Shown here piece after piece: positions 49,269 through 59,151 of a DNA stretch of 64,000 nucleotides. Where the stretch lies: assembly GCA_963748215.1 (NCBI GenBank), contig CAVVHS010000006.1, forward strand, positions 1 to 64,000, given 5' to 3'. The translations under genes and the position numbers were made by a program. The notes below the pieces were generated by a model. It was not told the DNA's origin and made no database searches. It was given only the letters and a program-made list of their open reading frames with translations. Every line of letters begins with the position of its first letter. Position 1 is the stretch's first letter. This stretch comes from an uncultured Gammaproteobacteria bacterium. Lineage in GTDB: Bacteria; Pseudomonadota; Gammaproteobacteria; UBA9214.

Positions 49269-50213
49269 TCAGTCCTTCGCAATTCCAATACATTCACTGA
49301 TCAGAAAGCGTGGACGGTTTCGCGATTCAATCAACACCCTTCCTAAATACTCGCCGAGGACGCCCAGCAATATAAACAGAATGCCAAACAGGAAAGAAAC
49401 TACCGCGACTCCGGATGCCCATCCTGGAACTACTGTATCGGTAAATAATTTGGCATAGATTGCATATACCATCTCGGCAAATGCAAGCAGGCTGGTAAGA
49501 ATCCCGATTATAATGCTGACCCTGAGTGGAACCAGTGAAAACGAAGTCACTCCTGTCCACGCCAGTTTCAGCATCTTCCTGAGACCGTACTTTCCTTTCC
49601 CGCTGAACCGCTGCCCGCACTGGAATTCCAGTTTTGAACTTTGATAGCCTACCCAATGGACGATCCCTCGTAAAAACAGTCCTTCTTCCTTGAACTTAAG
49701 CAATTCATCCAAAACCTGCCTGTCCAGCAATCGAAAATCAGCCATGCCACTTTCCATTTTCACACCACTAAGAAAGGAAAACACCCTGTAAAACAGGGCT
49801 GATGAAGCTCTCTTTAAAACGCCCTGCTCGTTGCCATCAACACGAACCGTATGAACGATCCTGTCGCCAGTCCGCCATCTTTCCAGCATTTCCGGCAGGA
49901 GCTCCGGAGGATGCTGAAGGTCTCCATCCATCGTAACGACCGCTTTCCCGGATGCATGCTGCATTCCCGCGAACAGCGCATATTGATGGCCAAAGTTGCG
50001 TGAAAACCGAATGCCTTTTATACGTTCGTCGTTCCTGTGCAAGGTATCGATTATTTTCCAGCTTGCATCATCACTGCCATCGTCGCAGAAGATTACCTCC
50101 CATTCCACGCCGAGCCGTTCAAGTACAGGGATTAACTCAGAGCACAATTTTTCAATGTTTCCAGCCTCGTTGAAAACCGGAACCACTATCGACAATTCTG
50201 TACCCATATCCAT
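49269..50213 (-). CDS. GT2 glycosyltransferase (GtrB/ArnC-like polyprenyl-phosphate sugar transferase)
   Basis: LSIVVPVFNE, DDGS.D, FSRNFGHQ, MDGDLQHPPE, DFRL, two C-terminal TM segments, GEYLGR. Confidence 0.93.
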   Translation of the reverse strand: MDMGTELSIVVPVFNEAGNIEKLCSELIPVLERLGVEWEVIFCDDGSDDASWKIIDTLHRNDERIKGIRFSRNFGHQYALFAGMQHASGKAVVTMDGDLQHPPELLPEMLERWRTGDRIVHTVRVDGNEQGVLKRASSALFYRVFSFLSGVKMESGMADFRLLDRQVLDELLKFKEEGLFLRGIVHWVGYQSSKLEFQCGQRFSGKGKYGLRKMLKLAWTGVTSFSLVPLRVSIIIGILTSLLAFAEMVYAIYAKLFTDTVVPGWASGVAVVSFLFGILFILLGVLGEYLGRVLIESRNRPRFLISECIGIAKD

Positions 50214-50286
50214 AGTCTCTGTTTTCTAGCGCATTTTAATCCGGGCTTGACGGCAATACTCATGGAATAATCAATATAATCGTTGC

Positions 50287-53200
50287 TCAAGGTCGCTCGC
50301 CTTCCACTTTCGCCTTGTGTTCTTTTAGCCTGTCTCCGGCGTACTCGGCCCAAGGAGTCCCGGGATGCCGCGCCCGCAGCTGTTGCATTTGACGGTTCCC
50401 CTGGCTCTCCTGTCCGGTTCGATACAGACACAGGCCAATATGATATTCGACTTCCGGTATCCAGTTACTCGTGGGGTAGCGCAGGATCAGGTCTTCAAAA
50501 GCAGCAATCGCATCCTGGTCCCTCTGCTCCAGATAATACGTGATGCCGATGTAGTAGGCGGCATTCTGTGCGAGGTCTGATGCACCCAGTTCCTCCTTGG
50601 CCAAATGGAAACCCTTTCTGGCCTCGTCAAAGCGCTTTTCATCTTTCAAATGGATCGCATTGTTATAGATGCGGTTGGGGTTGGAGTGATAGGTCACATA
50701 GGAAAATGTGGCTATCGCCACCCCCGCGATTATCATCGTAACGATGAGCATCAGCCATCGAGTCCGGATGTCTGGATCGAACTCTATCCGTGGCACCAGA
50801 GAAGGGCGGACGTGCATGTAGGCCGCGATCGATTGCCAGATCGTACCGCCTTGCCGCCAGCCCAGCGGGATATTGATAAGCAGAACAATCAAACCGGTAA
50901 CAGTCAGAACCTGGCCAATCCTGTCCCACAATCCCGGTCCGTAATACAGGCGCACATGGCGCTGCTCGGGATAAATCAACATGAACGACGGCGACGTCAT
51001 ATAGATACGATCCGCGCCGTCCACATGCCAATTCGGGTGATAGGACATCTTCACCATCAGCGGCTTGCCGATGCAATCAGTCTCAATCCTGATTTCCTGA
51101 TTTTCGATGCGTTCCTGAACAGTACAATTCCCGGTCTCAACGGGTATTCGGGGAAGAGCAGCCAACTCTCTGGTCAAAGCCGTGAACGGCGGGAATGCAC
51201 CGGTCATATCTTCTTCAACGAAAACCAGAGGTATCTGAAGCTGTGAATCATCCACGAACCATCGATGGGAATCCTCCTTCCATGAAGCCGTCGGAAATAG
51301 CACCGGCTCATAGTTCAGCACTTCCACGTAGCGGTTGCGATTCGTGGTCAGTTCCCACAATTCATACTCCCCGATGGTATCTCTCAATGCATACCCTTCC
51401 GACAGGCGAATCGCCTTTTTGGCGTGATCACTGCGGATAATCAGATCCCGGACATTGAACAGCTCGAGACGCGGCCTGGCGCGATCGAAATCCAGGCTGC
51501 TGTACGAGTACTGCGGAAACGGCACGGACTTCTGCCGGGAAATCTGCGACTGGATATAAAACACAAAAGGAGCGCTGATGGAGGCCTGCATGTAAAGACC
51601 TTCCAGAGTGGCCCGACCGGAGAACAGCGGCAAAGACTCGAAGGCCCGGCTGGAACCGAAGCTATTGTGAAGCTCGGAATGCTCGAAGACCACCCGCGGA
51701 TCGTTGAAGTCACCTTTCAGTTTCAGGTTGATCTGCTCAAATACGGGCCACGCGGACTTGGCTTCAAACCCCTCATAGTTCCACTTTGCCCAATCCGAAA
51801 CCGGTCCGGGTTGACTCCCGGTCCAGACAATCGCCGCCACCAGAATTGCCGGCAGCAAGACCCAATCGATTTTCCAGCGTTGCAGAAACCGGCCCAGCCA
51901 ACCCAGCGACATGGCAGCAAGCAGCGTTCCGATCAGGTGCCCATAGGGTACATAACGTATATCCACCACACCAAGCCTGGGTGCCGCAACAAAAAATACC
52001 ACGCACATTGCCAGGCCAAACCAGAGATAACCCAGCATTGGCAAAGCTTCCTTGCCAATCTGCGCGTGATCACGAATTCCCCAGATCAGCACGCCCAAAC
52101 TGCCGACAGCCGCTGCCAGCAATACAGGAAGCAGAATTGGCGGGAATACTTCCTGTATGGAATATATCGTCCAGACAAGGTCATAGGACGTTGTGTACTT
52201 TGTAAATACCAGTAACGGCACTATCCAGAATGCCAGCAGGCAGAAAGCCAGCGAGTACACCTTTCCCAGGTAAAACAGCCGCTCGATAAAGCCCCTTAGC
52301 GTGATCAGCAAATACAAAGACATGGCCTCGGCAAACAACAGCGTATAACCGTGGCTAAACCCTACCAGAAAGACCAGAATCGCATTTGCAACCACGTGGC
52401 GATGCCTGCGAGCGCCGCTGTACAGGCTGCCCAGCAAGACAAGCGAAAGCGCCATGCTGAGACCGTAGGAAAACTCGCCGGCGAAACTGCTGAGAATGTT
52501 ACCGCCCCACATGGAGTGTGAGGTGTTGAACAAAAACGGAAGCGTCAGGGCTGCCGCTATACCAGGCCCGGGAAACGGACAGCGCATGAGACGCATCATC
52601 CAGTAGGCACAAACCGGCAATAACATTATTCCCGCTACCGACCCAAGCTTGAAGGCTACCTGTAACGAAATAATGCCGTTAAGCAGCGTCATGAAAAGAA
52701 AATCGAGGGGAAAATAAAACTGGAGAATCGGGAAACCCGCGTAGTTACCGGGCGTCCACCCGCTCACCTGTCCGGCGGGCAGCAATACATCCCGAAGATA
52801 CTGTAGCGTATAGTAATGAGAGGCAGTATCTCCGCCGGTGGTAATGGTGTTTGTAAACAGGTACTCCGGATTTATCCTCGAGAAAATAAATATCTCCACT
52901 GCCAGCAGCGTGACGAGGTCAAGCAGAAGGCGGGGATCTTCCAGTTGCCGCCATCCCTTCAGGATCGATGTTCTCGCCTGTCGTGACAGCAACAAAACTC
53001 CCGCAGCCGTGCCAGCCATAAGCAGCCACAACCAGTGAGGACGGTGAAATACACTTCCACTATCCAGTCCTTGCGGCCAATCCACTGTAATTCTGGCTAC
53101 GTAAGTGCCACCACCGGCTTCTTCCCTGGCTGAAAAAGAAAGCGTCCGCGCATCCAGCCACTTCCCTTTCGGGTTATAGATACGAAATTTCGTTGCTTCC

Positions 53201-53502
53201 TGTTTCGTCTGGCGCAAACGCACCGTCTGCCGGGCCGGTTGAATAACCATCCCCTTGGGCCCGTGCCCGATGATCGTAACCGTATCTACCGAGGGTTTAG
53301 TTGCACTGACCGTGATCGAGACGTCTGCCCAGTGCTGATTACGCCCGGGAATGACCGATGATACTTCCATCGCAAATGGCTGATCCGGTGCCGTCAGACC
53401 GGGCATAGCTGTTTGCGCGGCGCAAACAGGCTGGCACAACCACAGCAGCAAAAATAACAGCAGTCCGGACTGCTTGCCGAGTCTCGAGTCAACGGTTGTC
53501 AT
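50287..53502 (-). CDS. Large polytopic membrane protein, GT-C-like (PTPS-related/YfhO-like) with a C-terminal TPR
   Basis: Signal peptide, TGGDTASH loop, GW....YAGFP..QFYFPL, many TM segments, SYHPNW, and TPR-like helices at the end. Activity is inferred. Confidence 0.72.
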   Translation of the reverse strand: MTTVDSRLGKQSGLLLFLLLWLCQPVCAAQTAMPGLTAPDQPFAMEVSSVIPGRNQHWADVSITVSATKPSVDTVTIIGHGPKGMVIQPARQTVRLRQTKQEATKFRIYNPKGKWLDARTLSFSAREEAGGGTYVARITVDWPQGLDSGSVFHRPHWLWLLMAGTAAGVLLLSRQARTSILKGWRQLEDPRLLLDLVTLLAVEIFIFSRINPEYLFTNTITTGGDTASHYYTLQYLRDVLLPAGQVSGWTPGNYAGFPILQFYFPLDFLFMTLLNGIISLQVAFKLGSVAGIMLLPVCAYWMMRLMRCPFPGPGIAAALTLPFLFNTSHSMWGGNILSSFAGEFSYGLSMALSLVLLGSLYSGARRHRHVVANAILVFLVGFSHGYTLLFAEAMSLYLLITLRGFIERLFYLGKVYSLAFCLLAFWIVPLLVFTKYTTSYDLVWTIYSIQEVFPPILLPVLLAAAVGSLGVLIWGIRDHAQIGKEALPMLGYLWFGLAMCVVFFVAAPRLGVVDIRYVPYGHLIGTLLAAMSLGWLGRFLQRWKIDWVLLPAILVAAIVWTGSQPGPVSDWAKWNYEGFEAKSAWPVFEQINLKLKGDFNDPRVVFEHSELHNSFGSSRAFESLPLFSGRATLEGLYMQASISAPFVFYIQSQISRQKSVPFPQYSYSSLDFDRARPRLELFNVRDLIIRSDHAKKAIRLSEGYALRDTIGEYELWELTTNRNRYVEVLNYEPVLFPTASWKEDSHRWFVDDSQLQIPLVFVEEDMTGAFPPFTALTRELAALPRIPVETGNCTVQERIENQEIRIETDCIGKPLMVKMSYHPNWHVDGADRIYMTSPSFMLIYPEQRHVRLYYGPGLWDRIGQVLTVTGLIVLLINIPLGWRQGGTIWQSIAAYMHVRPSLVPRIEFDPDIRTRWLMLIVTMIIAGVAIATFSYVTYHSNPNRIYNNAIHLKDEKRFDEARKGFHLAKEELGASDLAQNAAYYIGITYYLEQRDQDAIAAFEDLILRYPTSNWIPEVEYHIGLCLYRTGQESQGNRQMQQLRARHPGTPWAEYAGDRLKEHKAKVEGERP

Positions 53503-53705
53503 GGTCAGTATTTCAGGATCCTGGCAACAGCATGCCGGCGTGGTCTGACAATCATGACGTAAGGTTCACACATGCACATTTAACTGCCAGGATCTGTCTC
53601 CCGGACCGCCCGGTTACCACTCTTGTTACCGGCAACGATAACCTGCGTAAAGTACAAACACCACCCGGGAAAAGGCTCTGCAACACAACGGCAATAATAG
53701 CGTGA

Positions 53706-54503
53706 TTACTTGCGTCGCAATCGGATAATGATCGGAAATACCAGGATGACGGCAGCTATCGCCGCCACTACCCAGGGCAAGTATCCAGCCATGGTATCGG
53801 GCTCGGCAATACGCAGAGTGCCTGAACCGGCAGTGGCATAATGGCTGTTACCATCATCGTACTCTGCCAGAAGTGCGATTGCGTACCCGCTGTTTTCCAG
53901 GGCCGAAAAATTCTCTATCGTGTATTGTAACGATCTTGTTTGCCTGGGACCTATCGTCAAGCTATCACTCTCCTTGAGGGTCGCCAGCTCATCCGGAAGA
54001 TACAGCGTCAGCACCAGGTCACGCTCCACGGAATCGTTGTTACGGAGCGTAAACTTCATCGTTCCCTTGCCATTGGAGGGAATACTGGCATCTTCCGCCT
54101 GAATCAGAACCTTGCTCACTACCGAATGCTGATAATCATGGAAGCCGACGGAAAGTGCGGTAAACGGGTACCCGTTGGCGTCCTGATAATGGGTCTTGAT
54201 CAGCACCGGGTAACGCCCAGGCAAACTGAATGCGTCCTGGATGGAAAGATTTGAGGACGTGGCCTGGTTCACACCCAGCTGGGGCACCGATGCAGTCGTG
54301 AATTTCTGCTTCCCGATCTGAACCACGAACTGAATTCCATACGCTGACTCGTCACCCTGGTTTGTTGTTGTTACGTCAAGCACCATGCCATCTGGCCCCT
54401 CAGTAACAGAAAAACCGGTCGCCATGGTGATATAGGATGCTGCAACGTTGCCGGATACCAGCCATGCGAGGGCCGCTAATGTGTATATCAATGATCTCAT
54501 CAC
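53706..54503 (-). CDS. Exported beta-rich protein with a C-terminal membrane anchor
   Basis: AAGGAGG RBS, signal peptide, Ig-like NxG/N motifs, hydrophobic C-terminus ending RLRRK. Confidence 0.75.
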   Translation of the reverse strand: MMRSLIYTLAALAWLVSGNVAASYITMATGFSVTEGPDGMVLDVTTTNQGDESAYGIQFVVQIGKQKFTTASVPQLGVNQATSSNLSIQDAFSLPGRYPVLIKTHYQDANGYPFTALSVGFHDYQHSVVSKVLIQAEDASIPSNGKGTMKFTLRNNDSVERDLVLTLYLPDELATLKESDSLTIGPRQTRSLQYTIENFSALENSGYAIALLAEYDDGNSHYATAGSGTLRIAEPDTMAGYLPWVVAAIAAVILVFPIIIRLRRK

Positions 54504-54679
54504 TACAGCCTCCTTGCGGCTACCCGCACAAATACGCAGACAGCCCCGTTACAATCCACATGCAACACACGCCCGGCTGAATACTGACTGCAACACCTGC
54601 ACTCCAGTATGGCTCCTGCATCGACAGGCTGTCTGGACCCCCGGCCATATCGTGGTCTGCCGGAATGCCCGCTGAATAC

Positions 54680-55648
54680 TTACTGGCCTGTTACATTACG
54701 CGCAGCGGGCTCCCGCAGCAGCAACATGAACGCGCCGGGTAGCGTGGCACACCACAATACCAGCAAATACGCGACCGACAGAGCCAGCACAGCGGCGGCA
54801 TCAACCCCGAGCGGCAGCAGCAGACTCATCATGGCACCTTCTCTTGCCCCAAGCCCGCCTAACGAAATGGGCAGGCTGGATACCAGGAATACCAGCATCA
54901 ATACGACCGTGAACTGGAATACCGGCAGCTGCACACCGAGCCCGGGGGCCAGCATCAACAGTACCAGCACCACCAGCAGTTGATTCAGCACGGACAGGCC
55001 AAAGGCTTTCAGGATCAGTCCAGGGTCGTCAAGGTAGCGCGGGAAACAGGCCAGCACGGCATGCACGCGCGGCCAGCGGCTGCCGTAACCCGCATCCAGC
55101 CGCTTTGCCCAGCGGGGCAGCACGGCGATGGTCAACATCGATACTAGCGTCAGCATGCCGAGCCCAAAGACGCTCAGCGCAAGCTGGTTTCCAAACCCGG
55201 CCGGGACAAACAGCAGTGCGAAAAGGCCCATGCTGACCACGGCGGCCAGACCCAGCAGGCGGTCAACAAACGCGGAACTTACCAGTGCGCTGCCCCCGAT
55301 TCCGGAGGCGTAAAGCCGGGCGGTACGCGCCAGGTCGCCACCAAAGAGAGACGGTAGCAGGTTGTTGAAGAATACCCCCAGGTAATAACTTGGCCATACC
55401 CGGCGAAATGCGATGGCCCCGTGCAGGTGCCGGAACAACAACCACCATCGCACGCCACCCGCCAGAAATGACAGAAAATGCAGCACAATCGCAACAACCA
55501 ACAGGCGCATATCGATACCGGCCAGCGCGGCACGAACCTGCTCGAATTCGAAATAACGGGCCAGCCACCACAGACAGGCGGCGGTAACCAGTGCCTTGAG
55601 CAGGAATATCGCTACGGTCTTTGTTGCGCCGATCACACGGCATTCCAA
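54680..55648 (-). CDS. Flippase-like membrane protein (lysylphosphatidylglycerol synthase TM/UPF0104 family)
   Basis: RWW.L, YYLGVFFNNLLPS.FGGD..R, DRL.GL, LPISLGGLGARE. Confidence 0.87.
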   Translation of the reverse strand: MECRVIGATKTVAIFLLKALVTAACLWWLARYFEFEQVRAALAGIDMRLLVVAIVLHFLSFLAGGVRWWLLFRHLHGAIAFRRVWPSYYLGVFFNNLLPSLFGGDLARTARLYASGIGGSALVSSAFVDRLLGLAAVVSMGLFALLFVPAGFGNQLALSVFGLGMLTLVSMLTIAVLPRWAKRLDAGYGSRWPRVHAVLACFPRYLDDPGLILKAFGLSVLNQLLVVLVLLMLAPGLGVQLPVFQFTVVLMLVFLVSSLPISLGGLGAREGAMMSLLLPLGVDAAAVLALSVAYLLVLWCATLPGAFMLLLREPAARNVTGQ

Positions 55649-55753
55649 GGGATATGTGACATTGACAATCCTGCCTTGTATGCAGCTATTTCACAGCAGT
55701 ACATCGGACAGGAAGCGTGCGGTGTAATCATCACCGATGCCAGGATGGACATT

Positions 55754-55787
55754 AAAAAAAGAAGGCCCCGGGGAGATCCCCGGGGCC
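55754..55787 (-). terminator. Intrinsic terminator after the cytochrome lipoprotein gene
   Basis: Minus strand GGCCCCGGGGA-TC-TCCCCGGGGCC followed by TTCTTTTTTT. Confidence 0.85.
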
Positions 55788-55819
55788 GGTTGCTGAGTGC
55801 TTACTGTTATTACTGTTAA

Positions 55820-57214
55820 TTACAGTGTACTGAGAAATGCCTTGAGATCATCTACCTGAGTAGTGGACAGCGTGGGCATCGGGGAACCCATGTTCGTTGT
55901 TATCCTGTTGAAATAAAACGAAGTCGTGAGGTCTCCATCACCGCCACTCGTGTCAAAGCTCCCTGCCGAATGGCAGCCTGCGCATTGTTGAACATACAAT
56001 GCCTGACCCGCTGACGGCGGCAATGTTGTGGTCGTCGTCGTGGCTGCTGTGGTCGTCGTCGGTGCCGCCGTGGTTGTGGTGGTTGTCGTCGTCGGTGCCG
56101 CTGTAGTAGTGGTAGTAGCTGCCGTGGTCGTCGTTGGAGCACCTGTCGTGGTGGTCGTTGCACCCGATGTCGTCGTGGTAGCGCCTGTCGTCGAAGTCGT
56201 AGCGCCCGATGTCGTCGTGGTAGCGCCCGTCGTCGAGGTCGTAGCGCCCGATGTCGTCGTGGTAGCGCCCGTCGTCGAGGTCGTAGCGCCCGATGTCGTC
56301 GTGGTAGCACCCGTCGTCGTGGTCGTCGTCGCGCCTGTCGTGGTGGTGGTCGTCGTTGGTGAGCAGGTACCGTTGTCGTCGTCATCATCGTCATGCCGGC
56401 CATCGTGATCCCGGTCATCATCGTGATACCCGTCGCGGTTCCTGTCATCGTCATGGAAGCCGTCGTGGTTCCGGTCGTCGTCGATGTAACCGTCCTTGTC
56501 GCAATCGTCCTTCAGATCATCGTTACCGTGATTGCGGTCATTATGGCGATTCGCATCGACAGCGTCCGGCAAGCCGTCATTATCACTGTCATCCTGCCCG
56601 CCCGAATAATCCCGGTCATAGGCGTTGGGAATGCCGTCGCAATCCTTGTCTTGCGGATTCATAGTGCAATCGGCGTAGTGGTAACCACCGTGGTCCGGAT
56701 CATTCCAGTCGTCCACGTTGTCCTCATCCGCGTCGGATTGTGACAACGGGTTGCGAGCGCCGACATCGTCCAGTATTAGTGGCCGGTCGAGCACACCGTC
56801 ATTGTCGAGGTCGTCCGCCGCTGCATCATTGCGGCTCATATGCAACGGTACATGTCCCAGGTCGACCCGCTCACCGTCGCGGAGCATCATGCGAGTCCGG
56901 GTACCGCCGGAAGAATCGCGGAAACCAATGGGTGCATTTACTTCATCGGGAGTCCCTTCTCCGGTAGTCATAACCAGCTGGAAACCGACACCAGCCGGCA
57001 CGTCAAGTTCGAAGGGGTGCCGGGTTGTTCCATTGTCGTTCGAATCAACGGCATAGTAAGAGCCATTATCGCCGAACGCTTCAATCACAGTCCCGGGCAC
57101 GGTACCTGAAACCGATGCTCCTCCCAGGAACGTTGCGCCGCCGCCTCCGCCGCCGCCGCAGGCGGCCTGGAGCAATGCAAGAGCCAGAATGCTGAGATGA
57201 TGATGAGGTTTCAT
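55820..57214 (-). CDS. Lipoprotein with Asp-rich Ca-binding-like repeats, a Thr-rich stalk and a C-terminal monoheme cytochrome c
   Basis: AGGAG RBS, lipobox QAAC plus poly-G, DxDxDG repeats, about 105 aa Thr-rich linker, GQALY...CAGCH..M..LS..QVDDLKAFL. Confidence 0.82.
   Translation of the reverse strand: MKPHHHLSILALALLQAACGGGGGGGATFLGGASVSGTVPGTVIEAFGDNGSYYAVDSNDNGTTRHPFELDVPAGVGFQLVMTTGEGTPDEVNAPIGFRDSSGGTRTRMMLRDGERVDLGHVPLHMSRNDAAADDLDNDGVLDRPLILDDVGARNPLSQSDADEDNVDDWNDPDHGGYHYADCTMNPQDKDCDGIPNAYDRDYSGGQDDSDNDGLPDAVDANRHNDRNHGNDDLKDDCDKDGYIDDDRNHDGFHDDDRNRDGYHDDDRDHDGRHDDDDDDNGTCSPTTTTTTTGATTTTTTGATTTTSGATTSTTGATTTTSGATTSTTGATTTTSGATTSTTGATTTTSGATTTTTGAPTTTTAATTTTTAAPTTTTTTTTAAPTTTTAATTTTTTLPPSAGQALYVQQCAGCHSAGSFDTSGGDGDLTTSFYFNRITTNMGSPMPTLSTTQVDDLKAFLSTL
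56026..56357 (-). repeat. Coding minisatellite (21/42-bp units; TTTTSGA/TTSTTGA)
   Basis: GTCGTAGCGCCCGATGTCGTCGTGGTAGCGCCCGTCGTCGAG is repeated. Confidence 0.9.
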
Positions 57215-57402
57215 CTTGTTATTCTCCTAAAGTATTCGTGGGAAAAATATCCCAAGAATTCGTGAATGTGCTTGACCGCTAGCATATTGTCAAGCGTCAA
57301 TATTACGTCTTCATAGGCCCGGGCAGCCCGGAACCTTTCACCGTGGACAGTTTCTGCAACAGGCGGGAGGGATGGCCCCTGGCGATTTGCGAGTATATAC
57401 AT

Positions 57403-57611
57403 AAGGATGGCGGATATGACTCGCCGGCCCAAAATTGAGGGGGCTGCAGCGCTTCGGGCTCTGTCTGACGCACTTCGTTTCAGGTAGTTAGCTAATGCTG
57501 TGCGGGGCTGTTACGAGACCTGTCCAGCATCGTTGTGCGCTGTCCTGCAATTCTTGCAACAGGCGTCCCGATATATAGCAGAAAATACAAAACGTTATGA
57601 ACGACTATGCA
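57403..57611 (+). repeat. Module end sequence, family B, copy 3
   Basis: Near-identical to 40813-40980. Confidence 0.92.
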
Positions 57612-57658
57612 GCATGGGGTGCAGGTGGTCGGAGGTTCAAATCCGCTAGCCCCGGACA
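57612..57658 (+). mobile_element. att-like site 6: 3' half of tRNA-Pro(GGG)
   Basis: GCATGGGGTGCAGGTGGTCGGAGGTTCAAATCCGCTAGCCCCGGACA. Confidence 0.88.
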
Positions 57659-57844
57659 CTATCCAAAAAGAAAAGGTCTCTTACCCTTTGGTGGAGGCCT
57701 ATGCTTTTTGGATTCGGGATGAGGGAATGGAAGCGAATCCAAGGTTCACAAAATCGTCAGGAACAATTTTGAACGCCGCGAAGCAGCGGCCCCGCAGGGG
57801 CGACGGACAGGGATGTTCGCCGTAAATCCTCTCGCCCCGGACAA
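57659..57844 (+). repeat. tRNA-linked hairpin, four-hairpin element and duplicated tRNA 3' end (copy of 17102-17285)
   Basis: Colinear with 17102-17285 over about 185 bp. Confidence 0.9.
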
Positions 57845-57998
57845 TTATTCCCTTTACCACTCAGTTAGATAGAGCCACTTTCTCTAGCCGGTCTCCCTGT
57901 TAAAAATCGTCAGTGCGGGTTTTTCGTCCGACATGCGGTTTGCGGCCTCGATCAGGTTGTGCAATTCGGCCACAGAATAGCGTGTCATGATCCGTCCC
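57845..57998 (-). mobile_element. Integrase-side module end with an integrase C-terminal stub
   Basis: The minus strand reads GRIMTRYSVAELHNLIEAANRMSDEK, homologous to 48940-49017. Confidence 0.82.
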
Positions 57999-58071
57999 TG
58001 TTTATTTGTAGCGAATATTGACCCAGCATTTGCACGTTATTTTGAACCATATTATTTGGTCAATACACTGA

Positions 58072-58183
58072 AGGAACCTCTGATTAATTCACTCATCGTC
58101 ATCCCGGCGCATGCCGGGATCCAGTGCTTTCAATAGCCTGGATGCCGGCATGCGCCGGCATGACGGATTAATCAGCGGTTCCT
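58072..58183. repeat. Palindromic REP/MITE-like element
   Basis: Outer IR AGGAACC.CTGATTAAT / ATTAATCAG.GGTTCCT encloses GTCATCCCGGCGCATGCCGGGATCCAG..CTGGATGCCGGCATGCGCCGGCATGAC. Confidence 0.8.
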
Positions 58184-58349
58184 GAAATCCTAGATTGGTT
58201 GCGGTGAATTGATGGGTCAACTATTAAATGCAACTTGTTGTTCTAGCGGGTCAATCGAACGTGCAAATCAACGGAGTGCTATCAGCACCCCCTTCGCGGC
58301 TACATTTCCCGGAATCTCAGGTCTGCCGCCGGATCCGCGTTGGAGCCAT

Positions 58350-58916
58350 TTACTTTTCGGTGTCTTCGCTGCTGCCAGGCTGCAGGTCCCGACCCACGAT
58401 ACGCATGTAGGGTAGCATGCCTTGCATGCCGCGGTTGACCGCGTATTCGTTGTGATTGACCAGGTAAGCCTCCAGGCCGCGCGCGCTGTTACGCGGTACA
58501 ACCGGTGGGGGGATGTTGTTGGCACGGATGTAGTCATTGACGCCCGGGGCACTGGCGATGGCCGGCGCGCCGGCCGGGTCCTGCTGGCGGACCGACTGCA
58601 ACGAGACCACGGCCACGACGGCCACCGAGGCCGCCAGTGCCAAACCGGCGACCGGTTTGAACAGGGGCATGACGCGTGACTGGGCGGCGTGGATCTCCGC
58701 CTCCTGCTCCAGGGCTGCATGGACACGCCGGTAAAAGCCGGTATCGACCCCGTGCGGCAGGTTGCTGCGCAGTGTATCGCTGATGACCTGGTAACGTGCC
58801 AGTCGATTGCGTAAATTGGCGTCCCGTCCCAGTTGCCTGATCAGCAGGGCCTGTTCGGACTCGCACAGTTCATCATCAACCAGTGCGGAGAGCTGTTCGT
58901 GTAGAGTGTCCGTCAT
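58350..58916 (-). CDS. rseA: Anti-sigma-E factor RseA
   Basis: EQLSALVDDEL, RYQVISD.LR, TM segment ALAASVAVVAV, LEAYLVNHNE; lies downstream of the rpoE fragment. Confidence 0.88.
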   Translation of the reverse strand: MTDTLHEQLSALVDDELCESEQALLIRQLGRDANLRNRLARYQVISDTLRSNLPHGVDTGFYRRVHAALEQEAEIHAAQSRVMPLFKPVAGLALAASVAVVAVVSLQSVRQQDPAGAPAIASAPGVNDYIRANNIPPPVVPRNSARGLEAYLVNHNEYAVNRGMQGMLPYMRIVGRDLQPGSSEDTEK

Positions 58917-58937
58917 GGCAATCAACCTGTTCCGCAG

Positions 58938-59150
58938 TTACTTCAACAAGGGTCTCAGTTTCACATCGATCCCCTCGCGCGCCCGGAATATCCTCGAGCG
59001 GACCGTCGCGATCGGACATTCCATGGCTTGTCCGATCTCCTCGTAACTCAGTCCTTCCAGCTCGTGCAGGGTGATCGCCGTACTCAGGTCATCCGGTAAA
59101 TTGTTTATCGCACTGGCTATAGTCTTCTTGAGCTCGTCCCTGACCAACAT
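58938..59150 (-). pseudogene. rpoE: C-terminal (region 4) fragment of sigma-E
   Basis: AINNLPDDL.TAITL.ELEGLSYEEI..AMECPI.TVRSRIFRARE.ID. Region 2 is absent and an IS remnant lies upstream. Confidence 0.88.
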
Positions 59151-59151
59151 A

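Noticed and set aside
49106-49297. N-terminal part of ORF 48890-49297 as integrase sequence
   Set aside because: Similarity to tyrosine recombinases begins only near 49105. The upstream part overlaps the GT2 gene end and looks fortuitous.
56026-56357. CRISPR-like or non-coding tandem repeat
   Set aside because: The units are multiples of 3 with no unique spacers, and they encode the Thr-rich linker of the 55820-57214 protein.
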